This document shows positions 58,110 to 64,000 of a stretch of 64,000 bases of DNA, in pieces. Numbering within the stretch: position 1 is the first letter of the stretch; the number at the start of each line of letters is the position of its first letter. The stretch comes from Euglena gracilis (taxonomy: Eukaryota), in the NCBI GenBank assembly GCA_039621445.1, contig CP154954.1, forward strand, positions 1,798,001-1,862,000. Reading direction: 5' to 3'. Both the position numbers and the translations under genes were made by a program. The notes under the pieces were generated by a model. That model was not told the DNA's origin, did no database searches, and saw only the letters and a list, made by a program, of their open reading frames with translations.

Positions 58110-58870
58110 GATGGGGCCCCCGAACACCCAAAAACTGGCCAAAATCGCACAACCAGACCCCGGGAACCCCAAAAAACGGTCAAAAACCCCCCCTAAACCT
58201 AATGATTGACCCCCTGGTTTGGGTTCCAACTCCTCGTCTAGCCCGAGATACGGCCAATTTACGGTTTCGGGCCCTGAACGGGCCAGAACTGGCAAAACTG
58301 GCCCAAAACCCCCAAAACGGCCATATCTCGGGCTAGGCGGGGAGTTGTCCCAAACCGCGCATACCGATGGATAGGGCGTTCCAAGGTCGTCAAATAAGGT
58401 CGCCGTCACTTTTCCTCAACTCCGCAGCGTTTTCGAGATATTTTGAATTTTTCGATTTTTTGACCCCAGCCCGGCAGCCCTCGAACCCCTGCAGGGGTCC
58501 CCGAATACCCAAAAATGGCCCAAAATCGTACAACCAGACCCCGGGAACCCCAAAAAACGGTCAAAACCCCCCCCTAAACCTAATGATTGACCCCCTGGTT
58601 TGGGTTCCAACTCCCCGTCTAGCCCGAGATACGGTCAATTTACGGTTTCGGGCCCCGAACGGGCCCGAAATGGCCAAAACTGGCCCAACTGGCCCAAAAC
58701 CCCAAAACGGCCGTATCTCGGGCTAGGCGGGGAGTTGGCCCAAACCGCGCATACCGATCGATCGGGCGTCCCAAAGTTGTGGAACGAGGTCCTCTTCAAT
58801 TTTTCGCAACTCCCCGGCGTTTTCGAGATATTTTGAAATTATCGATTTTTTGACCCCAAAATGACCCTGC
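58110..58870 (+). repeat. ~380-bp direct repeat (2 copies)
   Basis: CAACCAGACCCCGGGAACCCCAAAAAACGGTCAAAA...CTAAACCTAATGATTGACCCCCTGG at ~58150 and ~58531. Confidence 0.88.
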
Positions 58871-59155
58871 AATTTCCCCGGAAAAAAAAACGGTACAACT
58901 TTTTAGCTCGGGCCATATCTCCGGACTGGCGGAGAGTTGCGGGTAACCGAAGGGCTCCGGAGGTACTAGGGAACCTCTCCTAACCTATAGGCTATTCACT
59001 TTGGGGGCCACAAAATCCAGTCACATCGATAATCCCGGGGTTTCACTACCTACCCAGGGGGGGCGGGGGGGGGGGGGGGGGGGCGGCGGGGGGGGGCGGG
59101 GGGGTCCGACCCCCCCGTCGCCGGGGTGGTAAGCTTCGCTCTTACTCTAAAGAGA

Positions 59156-62100
59156 TAAGAGCTCAGCGACCAGGGTGTGACGTAGAGCTGAGCTCTTTGG
59201 GGGACCATTCCGGCCCGGCCGGCGAAAAACGCTCATTTTCAGCTCAAAAACATGTTTTCCGGGTCCTGGAGGCCAAAAAACATGGTTTTGGGCGAAAAAA
59301 AATTTCGATATTTTTCGACTTTTTTGACCCGGTTTTGACCCAAAATCATTGGGTTGGCGGCCCAAAAAGGGGCCCTGGCGGTTCGAAAAACGCTCATTTT
59401 CAGCTCAAAAACACTTTTTCCGGGTCCGGGAGGCCAAAAAACATGGTTTTGGGCGAAAAAAAAATTTTCGATTTTTTTCGACTTTTTTGACCCGGGTTTG
59501 ACCCAAAGTCAATGGGTTGGCGAACCAAAACGGGGCGCTGGCGGGTCGAAAAACGCTCATTTTCTGCCCAAAAACACTTTTTCCGGGTCCGGGAGGCCAA
59601 AAAACAGGGTTTTGGGCGAAAAAATTTTTTTCGATTTTTTTCGACTTTTTGGCCCGAAAACGGCTAAGTCGGACAGTGGGAAAAGTGTACAAAACGGCCA
59701 TTTGGGCCGAAAAATGGCCATATCTCGGGCTAGGCGGGGAGTTGGCCCAAACTGCGAATACCGGTGGATAGGGCGTCCCAAAGTTGTGGAATGAGGTACT
59801 CTTTAGTTTTTCTCAACTCCCCAGCGTTTTCGAGATATTTTGAATTTTTCGATTTTTTGACCCCAAAAATGACCCCTTTTGCCGGTCCAACAAAATTTCT
59901 TTGGAAAAAAACGGTACGCAACTTTTTTGCTCGGGCCAGATCTCCGGCCTGGCGCGGAGTTGCGGGCAAAGTGAGGGCTCTGGACAAACTAGGGATCCTC
60001 TCCTAACCTATAGGCTATTCACTTTGGGGGCCCGGAAATCGGGTCACATCGATAATCCTCGGGTGTCTTTGCCTACTCAGGGGGGGGGGGGCGGGGGCGG
60101 GGGGGGGTCAGGGGGGGGTTTCGGGGGGGTGGTAAGCTTCGGGCTTCGTCTAAAGAGGTAAGAGCTCAGCGACCAAATTGTGACGTAGAGCTGAGCTTTT
60201 TGGGACCGGCGGCGGCGGCCTGGCCCGGCCGGCGGACCGGCGGCGGCCGGCGGCCCGGCCCGGCCGGCGGCCCGGCGGCCCGGCGGCCCGGCGGCCCGGC
60301 GGCCCGGCGGCCCGGCGGCCCGGCGGCCCGGCGGCCCGGCCCGACCCGGATGCTCATGATGCTCATGATGGCCATCCGGGGTCATGATGGCCATCATTGG
60401 TCATGATGGCCATCCGGGGTCATGATGGCCATCATTGGTCATGATGGCCATCCGGGGTCATGATGGCCATCATTCGTCATGATGGCCATCATTGGGCATG
60501 ATGGCCATCATGGGTCATGATGGCCATCCGGGGTCATGATGGCCATCATTGGTCATGATGGCCATCCGGGGTCATGATGGCCATCATTGGTCATGATGGC
60601 CATCCGGGGTCATGATGGACATCCGGGGTCATGATGGCCATCCGGGGTCATGATGGCCATCATTGGTCATGATGGCCATCCGGGGTCATGATGGCCATCA
60701 TTGGTCATGATGGCCATCCTTGGGCATGATGGCCATCATTGGTCATGATGGCCATCCGGGGTCATGATGGCCATCATTCGTCATGATGGCCATCATTGGG
60801 CATGATGGCCATCATTGGTCATGATGGCCATCCGGGGTCATGATGGCCATCATTGGTCATGATGGCCATCCGGGGTCATGATGGACATCCGGGGTCATGA
60901 TGGACATCCGGGGTCATGATGGCCATCCGGGGTCATGATGGCCATCATTGGTCATGATGGCCATCCGGGGTCATGATGGCCATCATTGGTCATGATGGCC
61001 ATCCGGGGTCATGATGGCCATCATTGGTCATGATGGCCATCCGGGGTCATGATGGCCATCCGGGGTCATGATGGCCATCATTGGTCATGATGGCCATCAT
61101 TGGGCATGATGGCCATCCGGGGTCATGATGGCCATCATTGGTCATGATGGCCATCCGGGGTCATGATGGCCATCATTGGTCATGAATGGCCATCCGGGGT
61201 CATGATGGCCATCATTGGTCATGATGGCCATCCGGGGTCATGATGGCCATCCGGGGTCATGATGGCCATCATTGGTCATGATGGCCATCCGGGGTCATGA
61301 TGGCCATCATTCGTCATGATGGCCATCATTGGGCATGATGGCCATCATGGGTCATGATGGCCATCCGGGGTCATGATGGCCATCATTGGTCATGATGGCC
61401 ATCCGGGGTCATGATGGCCATCATTGGTCATGATGGCCATCCGGGGTCATGATGGCCATCATTGGTCATGATGGCCATCCGGGGTCATGATGGCCATCAT
61501 TGGTCATGATGGCCATCATTGGTCATGATGGCCATCCGGGGTCATGATGGCCATCATTGGGCATGATGGCCATCATTGGGCATGATGCGCATCATGACCA
61601 TGAGGGCCATGAGGGGCTGGCGGGTCGAAAAACGCCAATTTTCGGCTCGAAAACACTTTTTCCGGGTCCAGGAAGCCTAAAAACGTGGTTTTGGGCAAAA
61701 AAAATTTTTTTGATTTTTTTCGAATTTTTGGCCCGAAAACGGCTAAGTCGGACAGAGGGAAAAGTGTACAAAACGGCCATTTGGACCTGAAAACGGCCGT
61801 ATCTACGGCTAGGCGGAGAGTTGCGGGGAAATCAAAATACTAGTAGATAGGGCGTTCCAAGGGCTTCAATTTAGGTCTCCGGACATTTTTTTCAACTCCC
61901 CACCATTTTGGAAATATTTTGCAAAAACTGGTTTTTTGGCCCGTTTTGGGCTCCAAATGGCAGAGTCCCCCCGTGGCGAACCCTCAAAACGGCCGTATCT
62001 CGGCCCAGGCGGGGAGTTGGCCCAAAACCGCGCATACCGGTGGAAAGGGCGTCCCAAAGTTGTGGAATGAGGTACTCTTTACTTTTTCTCAACTCCCCGG

Positions 62101-63572
62101 CGTTTTCGAGATTTTGAATTTTTCGATTTTTTGGCCCCAAAAATGACCCCCTGTTGCCGGTCCAACAAAAGTTCTTTGAAAAAAAAACGGTAGACAACTT
62201 TTTTGCTCGGGCCATATCTCCGGCCTGGCGCGGAGTTGCGGGCAAAGTGAGGGCTCTGGACAAACTAGGGACCGTCTCCTAACCTATAGGCTATTAACCT
62301 TTCGGGTCCCGAAATCAGGTCACATCGATAATCCGCGGGTGCCCGGGCCTACTCAGGGGGGGGGGGGGGGGGGGGCGGGGGGGGGGGAGGGGGGGTTTGG
62401 GGGGGGGGGGAAGCTTCGCTCTTACTCTAAAGAGATAAGAGCTCATCGACCAGGGTGTGACGTAGAGCTGAGCTCTTTGTGGGAGCACTCCGGCCTGCAC
62501 GGCGAAAAACGCTCATTTTCGGCTCAAAAACATGTTTTCCGGGTCCAGGAGGCCCAAAAAACATCGTTTCGGGCGAAAAAAATTTTTCGATATTTTTCGA
62601 CTTTTTTGACCCGGTTTTGACCCAAAATCAATGGGTTGGCGGCCCAAAACGGGGCGCTGGCGGGTCGAAAAACGCTCATTTTCAGCTCAAAAACGCTTTT
62701 TCCGGGTCCGGGAGGCCAAAAAACATGGTTTTGGGCAAAAAAATTTTTTTCGATTTTTTTCGACTTTTTTGACCCGGTTTTGACCCAAAGTCAATGGGTT
62801 GGCGAACCAAAACGGGGCGCTGGCGGGTCGAAAAACGCTCATTTTCAGCTCAAAACCACTTTTTCCGGGTCCGGGAGGCCAAAAAAACCTGGTTTTGGGC
62901 GAAAAAAATTTTCGATTTTTTCGCCTTTTTTGGCCGAAAACGGGTCAGTCGGACAGTGGGAAAAATGCACAAAACGGCCATTTGGACCGAAAAACGGCCG
63001 TATCTCGGGCCAGGCGGGGAGTTGGCCCAAACTGCGCATACCGGTGGATAGGGCGTCCCAAAGTTGTGGAATGAGGTACTCTTTAGTTTTTCTCAACTCC
63101 CCGGCGTTTTCGAGATATTTTGAATTTTTCGATTTTTTGACCCCAAAATGACCCCTTTTGGCAGAGCCCCCCCCCCTGGCAAAACCACAAAACGGCCGTA
63201 TCTCGGGCTAGGCGGGGAGTTGGCCCAAACCGCGCATACCGGTGGAAAGGGCGTCCCAAAGTTGTGGAATGAGGTACTCTTTGGTTTTTCTCAACTCCCC
63301 GGCGTTTTCGAGATATTTTGAATTTTTCGATTTTTTGACCCCAAAATGACCCCCTGTTGCCGGTCCAACAAAATTTCTTTGGAAAAAAAACGGTACGCAA
63401 CTTTTTTGCTCGGGCCAGATCTCCGGCCTGGCGCGGAGTTGCGGGCAAAGTGAGGGCTCTGGACAAACTAGGGACCGTCTCCTAACCTATAGGCTATTAA
63501 CCTTTCGGGTCCCGAAATCCAATCACATCGATAATCCTCGGGGGCCCGAGCCTACTCAGGGGGGGGGGGGGG

Positions 63573-63609
<37 letters not shown>

Positions 63610-64000
63610 GGGGGGGGTTTCGGGGGGGGTGGTAAGCTTCGCTCTTACTCTAAAGAGATAAGAGCTCAGCGACCAGGGTGTGACGTAGAGCTGAGCTCTT
63701 TGGGAGACCACCCCAGTCCGGCCCGGCCCGGCCGGCGTGGGGCCCGCGGCGGCCCGGCGGAAAGGGCGGGCGGCGGCGGCCCGGCCGGGGCCGGCGGCCC
63801 GGCGGCCGGCGGCCGGCGGGCCCGGCGGCCCGGCGGCCCGCCCGGCCCGGCCGGCGGCCCGGCCCGGCCCAGCCGGCGGCCCGGCGGCCCGCGACCGGAT
63901 CAATGATCATGATGGCCATCCGGGGTCATGATGGCCATCATTGGTCATGATGGCCATCCGGGGTCATGATGGCCATCAATTGGTCATGATGGCCATCGGC
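59156..64000 (+). mobile_element. Second head-to-tail array of the same putative non-autonomous units; unit starts at 59156, 60159, 62436 and 63659
   Basis: Same terminal module and internal blocks as 35695-41625. Confidence 0.6.
60345..61595 (+). repeat. 19-bp CATGATGGCC minisatellite, third block (a fourth starts at ~63903)
   Basis: Same units and same opening variant order as 37455-39060. Confidence 0.97.

Larger units (their letters stand above)
41626..59155. mobile_element. ~17.5 kb putative autonomous Helentron/Helitron2-like element, bounded by the same terminal modules as the short units and carrying the Rep/Hel gene
   Basis: Starts at TAAGAGCTCAGC (41626) and ends after GCTTCGCTCTTA-CTCTAAAGAGA (59133-59155). 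The Rep/Hel motifs are clear; the boundaries are inferred. Confidence 0.55.

Overview
The window has two unrelated halves joined abruptly at about 35694/35695. Bases 1-35694 are very AT-rich, intron-laden plastid DNA with the gene order and group II/III introns and twintrons of the Euglena gracilis chloroplast: rbcL 3' part, rpl32, psaC, rps9, rpl12, psbZ, rpoA, trnS, trnP, psaJ; the minus-strand rps2-atpI-atpH-atpF-atpA-rps18 and rpl23...rps14-trnF-trnC operons with roaA; and psbJ, psbL, psbF and a truncated psbE. It includes a ~3.1 kb garbled stretch (21800-24880) that looks like a long-read artefact. Bases 35695-64000 are GC-richer, nuclear-type repetitive DNA organised as head-to-tail units, delimited by eight copies of a conserved module (poly-G, inverted repeat, short hairpin, inverted repeat, stem-loop) that resembles Helentron/Helitron2 termini. 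The short units carry GGCCCGGC and 19-bp CATGATGGCC satellites and ~160-bp A-tract repeats. One 17.5 kb unit (41626-59155) carries a large minus-strand Rep/Helicase locus: C2H2 zinc fingers, HUH Rep with RGSLHGH, Pif1 helicase, then ZnF plus OTU protease, broken by frameshifts that mostly look like sequencing slippage. The same unit holds a modular GTGCAC-palindrome array, a multi-hairpin segment and a degenerate copy of the Euglena spliced leader. Exon boundaries and gene identities were read by eye and from recall of the families; no searches were run.
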